From assembly GCA_964553835.1 (NCBI GenBank), contig CAZKMJ010000002.1:1-35085 (forward strand): a DNA stretch of 35,085 bases. The letters are read 5' to 3'. Shown here piece by piece: positions 9,684-19,262 of the stretch; the stretch's first letter is position 1; every line of letters begins with the position of its first letter. A program made the translations under genes and the position numbers. The notes below the pieces were generated by a model. It was not told the DNA's origin and did not search any database. It saw only the letters and a list, made by a program, of their open reading frames with translations. The DNA is from an uncultured bacterium (lineage in GTDB: Bacteria > Omnitrophota > Omnitrophia > Omnitrophales > Aquincolibacteriaceae).

Positions 9684-12380
9684 ATGAGAAATTCCAAAAT
9701 TAAAAATGGCCGGCCGGTTTTATACCTGATAGACGGCAGCTCTTTTTTGTACCGGGCTTTTTATGCCATCCGCGCTCTTTCGAATTCCAAAGGTGAACCC
9801 ACAAACGCGATTTATGGCTTTGTGACCATGATGAAAAAGCTGGTGGCTGACCATCAGCCTGATTCCATGGCCATCTGCTTTGACCGCAAGGAACCGACTT
9901 TCCGCCATGAAAGGTTTGATGACTACAAAGCCCACCGCAAGCCCATGCCGGACGATCTTGTGCCGCAGATTGAGCCTATCAAGGAATTTTGCCGGCTTTC
10001 GAAATATGCGCTTTTTGAAATGGCAGGTTATGAAGCCGACGATTTGATCGGCACGCTGGCCAAGCAAGGCGAAAAAAAAGGCTTTGACGTTTTTATAGTG
10101 ACCAGCGACAAGGATGCGATGCAGCTGGTCAATGACCATATTAAGATCATCAATCCTTCAAAAGAAGATTTGGTAATCGATCGCGAAGCTGTGAAAAAGA
10201 AGTTTGAAGGTCACGGCCCTGAAAAGGTCGTCGATATCATGGCGCTCATGGGTGACAGTTCCGACAACATTCCTGGCGTTCCGGGGATTGGTCCTGTAGC
10301 GGCGATTAAATTAATACACCAGTTCGGCTCGGTCGAAAAGCTGGTGCAGTATGCGGGGCAGATCAGCTCAAAGTCCCAGCAGACTTTGATCAAGGACAAC
10401 ATCAAGAGCCTTGAGATGTCCAAAATGCTGGCAACCATTGAAGTCAATGTTCCGGTGAAGGTAAACTGGGATGAGCTAGAGCTTCAACCGCCTGACGACG
10501 CCAAGCTGCTTGAGTTTTACAAGCGGTATGAATTCCGCGGGCTGACGCGGGAATTGATCCCGACCGGAGAAGCGCAATCTGAAAAAAGATGCTATGCCAC
10601 GGTCGCGAAGGAAAAAGATTTTAAGGATTTTCTGGTCAGGCTGAAAAAGGCCACGGCCTTCAGTTTTGACACAGAAACAACATCGGAAGATCCGATGCGC
10701 GCTGAACTTGTGGGGTTCAGCTTCTCGTGGGAACCGTATTGCGCTTTTTATATTCCAGTTTCAAGCCCGAAGCATAAAGGCCCCGGACTTCCGCTTGTGG
10801 ATGTTTTGGAGCAGCTGCGGCCTGTGTTGGAAGACTCAAAAATTAAAAAGTTTGGCCAGAACATCAAGTATGACTGGATTGTTCTGAAGCGCGCGGGAGT
10901 GGAGATTCAGGGTGTTAATTTTGACACCATGATCGCCAGTTACCTCGTCAACCCGATCAAGTTGAACCACAATCTGGATGACATCAGCCTGGAACTGCTG
11001 GGCGTAAAAAAAATCACGACCCAGTCACTGATTGGCTCAGGGAAAAGCCAGATTTCCATGGCGGAAGTCGAGCTTGAAAAAATTTCGGAATATGCGTGCG
11101 AAGACGCGGACTGCGTGTTCCGCCTTGAATCGATCCTGGAAAAACGCCTGAAGCAGGACAGCCTCCAGGAGCTCTTTGAAAAAGTAGAAATGCCGCTTTC
11201 GGGCGTTCTGGCCAAGATGGAAATGAATGGTGTCTGTCTCGATACAAAGCTCCTTGGAGAATTTTCCAAAGAGACCCAGGTGGAACTGGACGCGCTGACT
11301 GGCGCCATTTACGAAGAAGCGGGCGAGGAATTTAACATCAACTCGACCAAGCAGCTGGCGGAAATTCTTTTTACAAAAATGAAAATCCCGCCAGTCAAGA
11401 AAACCAAGACTGGTTTTTCGACCGATGTGGCGGTGCTGGAAAAACTGGCGCTGAACCATGAGCTGCCGAAAAAACTCCTCGAATACCGGGAGAAATCCAA
11501 GCTCAAATCCACTTACCTGGACGCACTGCCGGAAATGATTAATCCGGAAACAAAATTGATCCACACGTCGTATCACCAGACGGTTACGGCCACGGGCCGG
11601 CTTTCGAGCTCGGACCCGAATTTGCAGAACATTCCCATCAAGACGGAAGAGGGAAGGAAAGTTCGCAAGGCGTTTGTTCCGCGCGCGAAAAACCGCAAGC
11701 TTTTGTCCGCGGACTATTCGCAGATCGAGCTTCGCATTCTGGCGCATTTAACCGGGGACAAGAACTTGACTGCGGCGTTCAATGAGGACCGTGATGTGCA
11801 TAAGTTCACGGCCACGCTTCTTTATGGCGTGAAAGAAAAAGATGTAACTCGTGAAATGCGCCACATGGCCAAGACTATTAATTTCAGCGTGATTTACGGC
11901 AAGACAGCTTTTGGCCTTGGCCAGGAACTGGGCATTCCGATTTCGGAAGCTGACACGTTTATTAAAAATTATTTTGAACGTTACAAGGCTGTGAAAGACT
12001 ATTTGGAAGCGCAAAAGGAAACAGCCCGGAAAAACGGTTACCTGACCACAATTCTTGGCAGGCGCTCTTATTTTCCGAATATCAACTCGAAGAATATGAT
12101 GGAGCGCCAGTTTGCGGAACGAGCGGCCATTAACGCGCCTATTCAGGGTTCGGCCGCGGACTTGATCAAGCTGGCCATGATTGCGATTCAAGAGCGGCTG
12201 GAAAAAGAGAAGCGCGAAACTCTTATGATTATGCAAGTCCATGACGAACTTGTTTTTGACATGGCGCCCAAAGAAGAAGAGGCTGTGACCAAGCTGGTCC
12301 GCTCTGAAATGGAAACTGCTTACAATTTGAAAGTTCCTTTGAAGGTGGACGTTTTCACCGGAGATTCCTGGTACAAATAA
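9684..12380 (+). CDS. polA: DNA polymerase I (5' nuclease + 3'-5' exonuclease + polymerase domains)
   Basis: 898-aa ORF. 5' nuclease LIDGSSFLYRAFYA. Exo motifs FDTETT, NIKYDW and YACEDAD. Polymerase motifs DYSQIELRILAH, RHMAKTINFSVIYG and QVHDELVF. Confidence 0.97.
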   Translation: MRNSKIKNGRPVLYLIDGSSFLYRAFYAIRALSNSKGEPTNAIYGFVTMMKKLVADHQPDSMAICFDRKEPTFRHERFDDYKAHRKPMPDDLVPQIEPIKEFCRLSKYALFEMAGYEADDLIGTLAKQGEKKGFDVFIVTSDKDAMQLVNDHIKIINPSKEDLVIDREAVKKKFEGHGPEKVVDIMALMGDSSDNIPGVPGIGPVAAIKLIHQFGSVEKLVQYAGQISSKSQQTLIKDNIKSLEMSKMLATIEVNVPVKVNWDELELQPPDDAKLLEFYKRYEFRGLTRELIPTGEAQSEKRCYATVAKEKDFKDFLVRLKKATAFSFDTETTSEDPMRAELVGFSFSWEPYCAFYIPVSSPKHKGPGLPLVDVLEQLRPVLEDSKIKKFGQNIKYDWIVLKRAGVEIQGVNFDTMIASYLVNPIKLNHNLDDISLELLGVKKITTQSLIGSGKSQISMAEVELEKISEYACEDADCVFRLESILEKRLKQDSLQELFEKVEMPLSGVLAKMEMNGVCLDTKLLGEFSKETQVELDALTGAIYEEAGEEFNINSTKQLAEILFTKMKIPPVKKTKTGFSTDVAVLEKLALNHELPKKLLEYREKSKLKSTYLDALPEMINPETKLIHTSYHQTVTATGRLSSSDPNLQNIPIKTEEGRKVRKAFVPRAKNRKLLSADYSQIELRILAHLTGDKNLTAAFNEDRDVHKFTATLLYGVKEKDVTREMRHMAKTINFSVIYGKTAFGLGQELGIPISEADTFIKNYFERYKAVKDYLEAQKETARKNGYLTTILGRRSYFPNINSKNMMERQFAERAAINAPIQGSAADLIKLAMIAIQERLEKEKRETLMIMQVHDELVFDMAPKEEEAVTKLVRSEMETAYNLKVPLKVDVFTGDSWYK

Positions 12381-12383
12381 GTT

Positions 12384-12986
12384 ATGAAAAGACATTTGAT
12401 CATTGGTGTTACGGGCGGATTTGGAACCGGCAAAACAACAGTTGCTGATTTGCTTGAAGAGCTGGGCGCTTACGTAGTGGACGCGGACAAGCTGGCGCAT
12501 GAAGCCTTGATGGAAGGCAGCTCTGTTTACGAGCAGGTGCTGAAAATTTTTCCGGAAGCCAGGACCGCGGACGGATTCGACCGTAAAAAAATCGCGGCGG
12601 TGATTTTCACGGATGCTGAAAAAAGAAAAAAGCTGGAATCGATTGTGCATCCATATGTACTGGAGCGGATCGAGGAAGAAATCGTGGATGCTGAGGAGCC
12701 GGTTATTGTGCTGAATGTGCCGCTTCTCTTCGAAACAAAGCTTAACCTGCGCTGTGACAAAGTGGTGGTGGTTGGGGCGTCGGCTGACGCGGTGCGTGAA
12801 AGGCTGAAGGAACGCGGTTTCACAGAAAAAGACATGGAGCTGCGTGCGAAAGCACAGTGGCCCCTGGAAAAGAAAATGGAAAAAGCAAATTACGTTATCA
12901 ACAATTCTGGAAACTTGGAGTCAACACGGCGGGAAGTGGAAAAGGTCTGGAAAGATCTCCGCCCCGTCCTGAAAGGAGAGAAGTAA
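12384..12986 (+). CDS. coaE: Dephospho-CoA kinase
   Basis: 200-aa ORF. P-loop [16 protein letters not shown] motif (IVHPYV) and PLLFE motif. Typical polA-coaE adjacency. Confidence 0.93.
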   Translation: MKRHLIIGVTGGFGTGKTTVADLLEELGAYVVDADKLAHEALMEGSSVYEQVLKIFPEARTADGFDRKKIAAVIFTDAEKRKKLESIVHPYVLERIEEEIVDAEEPVIVLNVPLLFETKLNLRCDKVVVVGASADAVRERLKERGFTEKDMELRAKAQWPLEKKMEKANYVINNSGNLESTRREVEKVWKDLRPVLKGEK

Positions 12987-12990
12987 AGCA

Positions 12991-14385
12991 ATGCCAAAAG
13001 AAAGAACTGAAAGGCCCGAAAGGACCGAAAGGTCACAAAGCAGGAAACCTGAAACTCCGCAGCGCCCGCAGGCGCAGGAGGACATTCAGGACAATCAGAT
13101 TCCCGCGGCCAAGCCCGGGGAGAAGACCTTTGACGTGGTCAGCCTGAAGCGTATGAAGATCAGCGAGCTGCACGAGCTGGCGCGCAAATTCAATGTCGGC
13201 CCCACGGTTGGCGTGAAAAAGCAGGACGTGATTTTCAAGATCCTTCAGGCTCAGGCGGAACGATCCGGTCTGATGTTTGGGGAAGGGGTCCTGGAAATCC
13301 TGCAGGACGGCTTCGGATTTCTCCGTTCGCCGAACTACAACTACCTGCCTTCGCCCGACGATATTTACGTTTCACCGAGCCAGATCCGCCGTTTCAATCT
13401 GCGCACCGGTGACAATGTCAGCGGGCATATTCGTCCGCCGAAGGAAGGCGAACGCTATTTTGCGCTTTTGAAGGTGGAAGCGGTCAACTTTGAAGACCCT
13501 GAAACCATCAAGGACAAGATTCCGTTCGACAACCTGACCCCGCTTTACCCTGAAAAGCGCATCATGCTTGAGACCGAACCGAAAGAAGTTTCCATGCGCG
13601 TCATGGACCTTCTGACGCCGATCGGTTTCGGGCAGCGCGGTCTGATCGTCGCGCCGCCTTACAGCGGTAAAACCATCCTTCTTCAGAAAATCGCGAACAG
13701 CATTACCACCAACAATCCGGACACCTACCTGATTGTGCTGCTGATTGACGAGCGTCCTGAAGAAGTCACGGACATGGCCCGCTCCGTCAAAGGCGAAGTC
13801 ATTTCTTCGACTTTTGACGAACCCGCGGAACGCCACGTACAGGTCGCGGAAATCGTGCTCGAAAAGGCCAAGCGTCTTGTGGAACACCGCCGTGACGTTG
13901 TGATCCTGCTTGACTCGATCACCCGTCTGGCCCGCGCGTATAACACCGTGGTCCCTCACTCCGGTAAAATTCTTTCCGGCGGTGTGGACTCCAGCGCGCT
14001 GCACAAACCCAAGAGGTTTTTCGGCGCCGCGCGCAACATCGAAGAAGGCGGCAGCTTAACCATTGTTGCTACCGCTCTCGTGGATACGGGTTCCCGTATG
14101 GACGAAGTTATCTTTGAAGAATTCAAAGGTACCGGCAACATGGAAATCCAGCTGGATCGCAACCTGTTCCAGAAGCGCATCTATCCCGCGATCGATGTTA
14201 AAAAGTCGAACACGCGTAAGGAAGACATCCTCATGCATCCGGATGAGTTGAATCGCGTCTGGATCCTGCGCAAGGTCCTTAACGAGCTGAATCCGGCTGA
14301 AGCTATGGAGCTTCTGGTCGACAGGCTCGGAAAGACCAAGAGCAACGCGGAATTTCTTCTGAACATGAGCAAGGTAAAAGATTAA
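12991..14385 (+). CDS. rho: Transcription termination factor Rho with a charged N-terminal extension
   Basis: 464-aa [18 protein letters not shown] (RNA-binding domain), Walker [19 protein letters not shown] and [12 protein letters not shown]. About 47 extra residues rich in K/R/E/P/Q precede the canonical N-terminus. Confidence 0.97.
   Translation: MPKERTERPERTERSQSRKPETPQRPQAQEDIQDNQIPAAKPGEKTFDVVSLKRMKISELHELARKFNVGPTVGVKKQDVIFKILQAQAERSGLMFGEGVLEILQDGFGFLRSPNYNYLPSPDDIYVSPSQIRRFNLRTGDNVSGHIRPPKEGERYFALLKVEAVNFEDPETIKDKIPFDNLTPLYPEKRIMLETEPKEVSMRVMDLLTPIGFGQRGLIVAPPYSGKTILLQKIANSITTNNPDTYLIVLLIDERPEEVTDMARSVKGEVISSTFDEPAERHVQVAEIVLEKAKRLVEHRRDVVILLDSITRLARAYNTVVPHSGKILSGGVDSSALHKPKRFFGAARNIEEGGSLTIVATALVDTGSRMDEVIFEEFKGTGNMEIQLDRNLFQKRIYPAIDVKKSNTRKEDILMHPDELNRVWILRKVLNELNPAEAMELLVDRLGKTKSNAEFLLNMSKVKD
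13000..13035 (+). repeat. 4 x 9-bp in-frame tandem repeat (GAAAGNNCN) inside the rho 5' end
   Basis: gaaagaact gaaaggccc gaaaggacc gaaaggtca, encoding [12 protein letters not shown]. Confidence 0.9.
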
Positions 14386-14387
14386 CA

Positions 14388-14405
14388 CTTGCGCCTATGC
14401 GCAAG
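14388..14405. repeat. Palindromic stem-loop CTTGCGC-CTAT-GCGCAAG placed 2 nt after the rho stop
   Basis: Perfect 7-bp stem with a 4-nt loop and no downstream U-tract. A second hairpin, GAAACTT-TGA-AAGTTTC, lies at 14418-14434. It shares the TGCGC-NNAT-GCGCA core with the elements at 17890 and 21667. Confidence 0.6.
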
Positions 14406-14473
14406 AACGGCTTCGCTGAAACTTTGAAAGTTTCGTGTGGGCCGCTTTAAAATTAAATAAAGGAGATTTGAAA

Positions 14474-14692
14474 ATGAAAAAAGGCATTCACCCCAATTAC
14501 AGCAATGTGGTCATTCAGTGCGCGTGCGGAAGCACTATTGAGACCCGCAGCACTCTTAAAGAGCGCGTGCAGGTTGAAATCTGCTCCCAGTGCCACCCGT
14601 TTTTCACGGGCAAGCAGCGTTTTGTTGACACTGCCGGCCGTATTGAGCGCTTCAACAAGAAGTTCGCCAAGACCCTGCCGAAGAAAGCCTGA
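14474..14692 (+). CDS. rpmE: 50S ribosomal protein L31 (Zn-binding C+ type)
   Basis: MKKGIHPNY start with AGGAG 8 nt upstream. Cys pairs CAC and [10 protein letters not shown]. The track ORF start at 14435 was trimmed. Confidence 0.93.
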   Translation: MKKGIHPNYSNVVIQCACGSTIETRSTLKERVQVEICSQCHPFFTGKQRFVDTAGRIERFNKKFAKTLPKKA

Positions 14693-14700
14693 TTTTTGTA

Positions 14701-15759
14701 ATGCGATTTACGGAGACGCTTGAAAAAATCGAGCGGAAAATCCGCGACATCGAAAGTGAGATGTCGAATCCGGACGCAGTCAAGGACACGGTCCGCTATC
14801 AGAAGCTGATGCGCGAACTTGCGGACCTCCGGCCCGCGGGTGAGGCCTGGGCCTCTTATAAAAAAGCGGACCGGGAAGCGGTTGAGCTTCGCGCCAGCCT
14901 TGACAGTCTGGACCGTGAAATGCGCAAGCTGGTTGAGGAAGAACTGGAACTCCTTGAGAAAAAGAAGCAGGAGCTCGTTACCGAGATTGAAGACCTGCTG
15001 ATCAAGGAGTCCGACCCCAACCGCGGGCGCGACTGCATTGTGGAAATTCGCGCGGGCACGGGCGGGGAAGAAGCCGCGCTTTTTGCTGCGGATCTTTTCC
15101 GTATGTACTCCCGCTACGCTTCGAACAAGAAGCTTGCGGTTGAAGTCATGGATTCCAGCACGACCGGCAAGGGCGGATTGAAGGAAATCATTTTCAGTGT
15201 TTCCGGGCCGGGCAGTTATCCCTGTTTCAAGTACGAGATGGGGATTCACCGGGTCCAGCGAGTGCCGGACACGGAAGCCAGCGGGCGTATTCATACCTCC
15301 GCGGTTACGGTGGCAGTCATGCCGGAAGCCGAGGAAGTCGATATCGACCTGAAGATTGACGTATTCAGGGCTTCAGGGGCGGGCGGACAGCATGTTAACA
15401 AGACCGAGTCGGCTGTGCGTATCACGCATGTCCCGACCGGGGTAGTAGTCAGCTGCCAGGACGAAAGGTCCCAGCACAAGAACAAAGAGAAGGCCATGAG
15501 GGTACTTAGGGCCAGGCTTTATGACGCGGCCCAGCAGAAGTACCACAATGAGATGGCCAAGCAGAGAAAAGAGCAGGTGGGAAGCGGTGACAGGTCCGGT
15601 AAAATAAGGACTTACAACTTTCCTGACAGCCGGGTGACCGACCATCGAATCGGTTTGACTTTGCATGCCCTGGGTGATATTTTAGACGGCTCTTTGGACG
15701 AATTGGTGCAGGCCCTTGAGAGGGACGAGAGGGACCGGAAACTGCGTGAAGTCGCTTAA
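14701..15759 (+). CDS. prfA: Peptide chain release factor 1
   Basis: 352-aa [19 protein letters not shown] (GGQ motif) and RVQRVP.TE..GRIHTS (PxT tripeptide region, here PDT). Confidence 0.97.
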   Translation: MRFTETLEKIERKIRDIESEMSNPDAVKDTVRYQKLMRELADLRPAGEAWASYKKADREAVELRASLDSLDREMRKLVEEELELLEKKKQELVTEIEDLLIKESDPNRGRDCIVEIRAGTGGEEAALFAADLFRMYSRYASNKKLAVEVMDSSTTGKGGLKEIIFSVSGPGSYPCFKYEMGIHRVQRVPDTEASGRIHTSAVTVAVMPEAEEVDIDLKIDVFRASGAGGQHVNKTESAVRITHVPTGVVVSCQDERSQHKNKEKAMRVLRARLYDAAQQKYHNEMAKQRKEQVGSGDRSGKIRTYNFPDSRVTDHRIGLTLHALGDILDGSLDELVQALERDERDRKLREVA

Positions 15760-16627
15760 GACTAACGGACCGGACACCATCGCAGGACTGCTGGCCTGGG
15801 CGCAAAAAACCCTGGCCGTTTTGGGGCCTGAAGAGGCCAAAGCCAGTTCAGAACGATTGCTTGAAGAAACACTGGGCCTGGAGCGCACCGCGCTTTTCAT
15901 CCACGCCGGAAAAACGGTTTCAAAACCGCAGGCAGGGCGTTACCGGAGTTTGATTCAGAAGCGGAAGAAACGCATCCCGGTCGCCTACCTTCTTCGGAAA
16001 GCTTATTTCTGGGACGAAGTCCTTGAAGTTGACGGCTCGTGTTTGATTCCGAGGCCGGAAACCGAGATTCTGGTTGATTCTTTTATTCGTCACTCAGGTT
16101 TTAAAAAGGAAAGCCGTTTTTCTTTTTTAGACTTGGGCTGCGGCAGTGGAGCGATAGGCATTGCGCTCCTCCGCCATTTTCCGCAGGCACGCGCGGTTTT
16201 TTCCGATATTTCGGCAAAAGCGCTGGCTGTAACACGGAAAAATTTGAAAAGTTACAAGTTGATGAGCCGTTCGGAAACAGTCAAATCCGACTGCTTCAAA
16301 GCGTGGCAGCAAAAGCCGCGGCAATGGGACGCAATCATCAGCAATCCGCCGTATGTCGCGGATGAAGACTGGCATACGCTGGAACCCGAGCTTGGGCATG
16401 AGCCCGAGGTGGCATTGCGGGGCGGGAAAGGCGGCCTGACGTTTTACGAAAAGATCAGCCGCGAAGCAAAGCAGTTTTTTGGGCCGGGCGGCATCCTGGT
16501 TTTTGAAATGGGGGCCGGCCAGGCCGGTGAAATTAAAAAGTTTATGCTCAAGCAGGGCTATGAGGCCCCGCGTATTTTCAAAGATTATCTGAACATTGAC
16601 CGCGTAATCATGGCGCGGAAGGCGTAA
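15746..16627 (+). CDS. prmC: Release-factor glutamine N5-methyltransferase PrmC/HemK
   Basis: [11 protein letters not shown] motif [11 protein letters not shown] and catalytic NPPY (IISNPPYV). The start is uncertain: GTG 15746 (14-nt overlap with prfA) or the track start 15716. Confidence 0.9.
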   Translation: MKSLKTNGPDTIAGLLAWAQKTLAVLGPEEAKASSERLLEETLGLERTALFIHAGKTVSKPQAGRYRSLIQKRKKRIPVAYLLRKAYFWDEVLEVDGSCLIPRPETEILVDSFIRHSGFKKESRFSFLDLGCGSGAIGIALLRHFPQARAVFSDISAKALAVTRKNLKSYKLMSRSETVKSDCFKAWQQKPRQWDAIISNPPYVADEDWHTLEPELGHEPEVALRGGKGGLTFYEKISREAKQFFGPGGILVFEMGAGQAGEIKKFMLKQGYEAPRIFKDYLNIDRVIMARKA

Positions 16628-17893
16628 ATGGATAAAATTGTTATTAATGGCGGCCGGAAGCTGAGGGGCGAAGTTGAAATTTCCGGAGCCAAGAATTCCG
16701 CGCTGCCAATCCTGGCCGCGGCACTTCTTGCTGAAGAAGAATCGATCATTGAAAACGTCCCGGATTTAAGGGACATTCAGACCATGCTCAAGCTCCTTCG
16801 GGCGCTTGGATGCAAAGTCCAGTATGACAAGGGCAAGGTCGCGATCAAGCCGGGAAAAAGCCTGAGCCCCATCGCGCCTTACAAACTGGTCAGCACTATG
16901 CGCGCCTCGATCTGTGTGCTGGGCCCGTTGCTTGCACGCATGGGCCATGCAGAGGTTTCGGTGCCGGGCGGCTGCGTCATTGGACCGCGGCCGATTGACC
17001 TTCATATTAAGGGTATGCAGGCACTGGGCGCGAAGACCAACATTGAACATGGTTATGTAAAAGCCCAGGTGGCCAAGAAATTACGCGGAAGCGATATTTT
17101 CCTTGGCGGCGCTTTCGGCTCTTCGGTGCTTGCTACCGGCAATGTCATGATGGCCGCGACGCTGGCACAGGGCGCGACGCAGATTGAAAATGCGGCTTGC
17201 GAACCCGAAGTAGTGGACCTGGCGCGTTTCCTCAAAAAAATGGGCGCGCGCATTGAAGGCGAAGGTTCGCCTATCATCAATATTGAAGGCGTTAAAAAAC
17301 TGCACGGCGCGCGTTACAGTGTGATTCCGGACAGGATTGAAACCGGGACTTATATTTTCGCGGCCGCGATGACGGGCGGTGACGTGCTGATTAAAAAGAC
17401 CGAGCCGTCGCACCAGAACGCGGTCATTGATAAATTAAAACAGGCCGGGATCAAGATTGACAAGACGAAGACGGCGATCCGCGTTCGCAGAAACGGCAAG
17501 TTGAAAGCCGTGGATGTGACTACGCTTCCGTATCCGGGTTTTCCGACGGACCTGCAGGCGCAGATGATGGCTCTTATGGCCGTGACGCCTGGTATCAGCG
17601 TGATCACGGAAAAAATTTATCCGGACCGTTTCATGCATGTTTCGGAGCTGAATCGTATGGGCTCCAAGATTTTTATGGAAGGTGCCAGCGCCATTATTCA
17701 CGGTGTTAAGCAGCTTTCCGGTGCGCCGGTCATGGCTTCTGATTTAAGGGCCAGTGCCGCGCTTGTCATCGCCGGCCTTGTGGCTGAAGGCAAGACAGAA
17801 GTGCACCGCGTCTACCATCTGGACCGCGGTTATGAGAACCTGGAAAAAAAGTTTTGCGCCATCGGTGCTTCAATCCACCGCGAACGCGAGTAG
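16628..17893 (+). CDS. murA: UDP-N-acetylglucosamine 1-carboxyvinyltransferase
   Basis: 421-aa ORF. ISGAKNSALPILAA, active-site loop PGGCVIGPRPIDLH (Cys) and FPTDLQAQ. Starts immediately after the prmC stop (TAA-ATG). Confidence 0.97.
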   Translation: MDKIVINGGRKLRGEVEISGAKNSALPILAAALLAEEESIIENVPDLRDIQTMLKLLRALGCKVQYDKGKVAIKPGKSLSPIAPYKLVSTMRASICVLGPLLARMGHAEVSVPGGCVIGPRPIDLHIKGMQALGAKTNIEHGYVKAQVAKKLRGSDIFLGGAFGSSVLATGNVMMAATLAQGATQIENAACEPEVVDLARFLKKMGARIEGEGSPIINIEGVKKLHGARYSVIPDRIETGTYIFAAAMTGGDVLIKKTEPSHQNAVIDKLKQAGIKIDKTKTAIRVRRNGKLKAVDVTTLPYPGFPTDLQAQMMALMAVTPGISVITEKIYPDRFMHVSELNRMGSKIFMEGASAIIHGVKQLSGAPVMASDLRASAALVIAGLVAEGKTEVHRVYHLDRGYENLEKKFCAIGASIHRERE

Positions 17894-17922
17894 TTGCGCT
17901 AATGCGCAACTACAGCAAGTCG
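17890..17922. repeat. Palindromic element GTAGTTGCGC-TAAT-GCGCAACTAC plus conserved flank CAGCAAGTCG, spanning the murA stop
   Basis: Perfect 10-bp stem with a 4-nt loop. Core and 3' flank (TGCGCT-R-ATGCGCA-N4-CAGCAAGT-Y-G) recur at 21667-21695. No U-tract follows. Confidence 0.65.
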
Positions 17923-17979
17923 GGATCAAAGAAGTCCTGTACTAGCTAGTAAAAAAACGAAACAAGAACGGAGAATAAA

Positions 17980-18225
17980 ATGGCAGTTAAAATCAGATTA
18001 AAACGTTTCGGGACCAAGAACCGCCTTCAGTGGCGCGTTGTTGTCGCGGATGCCAAGATGCCGCGCGACGGCCGTTTCATCGAAGAAATCGGTTACTATG
18101 ATCCGCTTCCCAAAGAAGAACGCTTTGTGGTGAAGCTGGAACGTTACGAATACTGGACCAAACGCGGCGCGCAGGTCAGCCCGTCGGTCAAGAGTCTGGT
18201 CAAGCGCTCAAGCCGCAAGAAGTAA
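17980..18225 (+). CDS. rpsP: 30S ribosomal protein S16
   Basis: [12 protein letters not shown]...RVVVAD...[13 protein letters not shown] signature. GGAG RBS upstream. Confidence 0.95.
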   Translation: MAVKIRLKRFGTKNRLQWRVVVADAKMPRDGRFIEEIGYYDPLPKEERFVVKLERYEYWTKRGAQVSPSVKSLVKRSSRKK

Positions 18226-18235
18226 GGCTTCCTTC

Positions 18236-18916
18236 ATGGGAAGTCCGGCTTTTGAGATTGACCTGGTCACGATTTTTCCGCCCTTTTTTAAAGGGCCGCT
18301 GGAAGAATCGCTGATCAAAAAGGCGCGTGAGAAAAAGCTGATCGACGTGCGCGTGCATGACCTTAGAAAGTTCACGCACGACAAGCACCGGACCGTGGAC
18401 GACAAGCCGTTTGGCGGCGGACCGGGCATGGTCATGAAGCCGGAACCAATCTTTGAGTGCGTGGAGAGTATCCGCGAAAAGCATGGCAGGGGATGGGTCA
18501 TTCTGCTTGATGCGCGCGGAGAAAGACTGACGCAAAAAAAAGCGCAGCAGCTGGCCGAAAAAAAACATCTGGTCCTGCTGTGCGGGCACTACGAAGGCAT
18601 TGACCACCGGGTGCACGAACATCTGGCTGATGAGCTGATCTCGATCGGTGATTTCGTGACCATGGGCGGCGAAGCGCCGTCGTTGAGCCTGATTGAAGCA
18701 GTGACGCGGCTTGTTCCCGGCGTGATCGGGAATGAGGAGTCGCTTAAAGAAGAAAGTTTTCTTGAGGGTCTTGAATACCCTCAATACACAAGGCCCCGGG
18801 ATTACCGGGGATGGAAAGTCCCTGAAATCCTGGTTTCGGGAAATCATAAAGAAGTAAAAAAATGGCGGACGCAGTTGTCGAAGGACATGACAAAAAAGCG
18901 GCGGCCGGACTTATAA
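18236..18916 (+). CDS. trmD: tRNA (guanine37-N1)-methyltransferase TrmD
   Basis: 226-aa ORF. D.VTIFP..F, HD.R.FT.DKHRTVDD.P.GGG.GMVM, LLCG.YEG.D.R and SIGD.V..GGE motifs. Confidence 0.95.
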   Translation: MGSPAFEIDLVTIFPPFFKGPLEESLIKKAREKKLIDVRVHDLRKFTHDKHRTVDDKPFGGGPGMVMKPEPIFECVESIREKHGRGWVILLDARGERLTQKKAQQLAEKKHLVLLCGHYEGIDHRVHEHLADELISIGDFVTMGGEAPSLSLIEAVTRLVPGVIGNEESLKEESFLEGLEYPQYTRPRDYRGWKVPEILVSGNHKEVKKWRTQLSKDMTKKRRPDL

Positions 18917-18928
18917 GGAGAAGCAAAA

Positions 18929-19249
18929 ATGAAAGCAACTGAAGCGATTGAAAAACTGACCAAGGAATCCGAACGGAAAGATGTTCCGGAATTTCGCGTG
19001 GGCGACACGCTGAAAGTCCACGTCCGTGTGAAGGAAGGCGACAAGACTCGTACGCAGCTTTTTGAGGGCGTGTGCATTCGCCGCCGCGGTACGGGCATTT
19101 CTGCCAACTTCACAGTTGTCAAGGAAACGCACGGCGACATCGTGGAAAAGATCTTTCCGGTCCATTCCCCGACGATTGAAAAGATCGTGGTCAGCCGTAA
19201 GACCACCCGGACCCGCCGCTCCAAGCTTTACCACCTGCGCAAGAAATAA
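18929..19249 (+). CDS. rplS: 50S ribosomal protein L19
   Basis: 106-aa ORF. PEFRVGDT..V.V.V.EG.K.R.Q.FEGV.I.R.G.G and R.KLYYLR-like KLYHLR. Confidence 0.95.
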   Translation: MKATEAIEKLTKESERKDVPEFRVGDTLKVHVRVKEGDKTRTQLFEGVCIRRRGTGISANFTVVKETHGDIVEKIFPVHSPTIEKIVVSRKTTRTRRSKLYHLRKK

Positions 19250-19262
19250 TCCGGGGTCGGTC

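Noticed and set aside
11748-12650. 300-aa ORF on the minus strand opposite the polA 3' end and coaE. Similar long antisense ORFs lie at 14515-15294, 5221-5976, 20560-21360, 24536-25237, 18200-18847, 13372-14004, 11037-11747, 2699-3238 and 4609-5151.
   Set aside because: Each lies wholly opposite a confidently identified + strand gene. Their translations are Arg/Ser/Phe-rich low-complexity sequence with no recognisable motifs, and none has RBS context. They are shadow ORFs produced by the codon periodicity of the sense genes.
15246-15300. RF1 anticodon-mimic tripeptide reads PDT rather than the E. coli PAT.
   Set aside because: The middle residue of the PxT motif is variable among bacteria. 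I see no evidence of altered stop-codon usage, since TAA, TAG and TGA all terminate genes in this window.
19062-19262. 5' extension of the RNase HII ORF across rplS.
   Set aside because: The extension overlaps the rplS coding sequence out of frame and is Arg/Ala/Pro-rich. The conserved RNase HII N-terminus begins shortly after the in-frame TTG at 19263.
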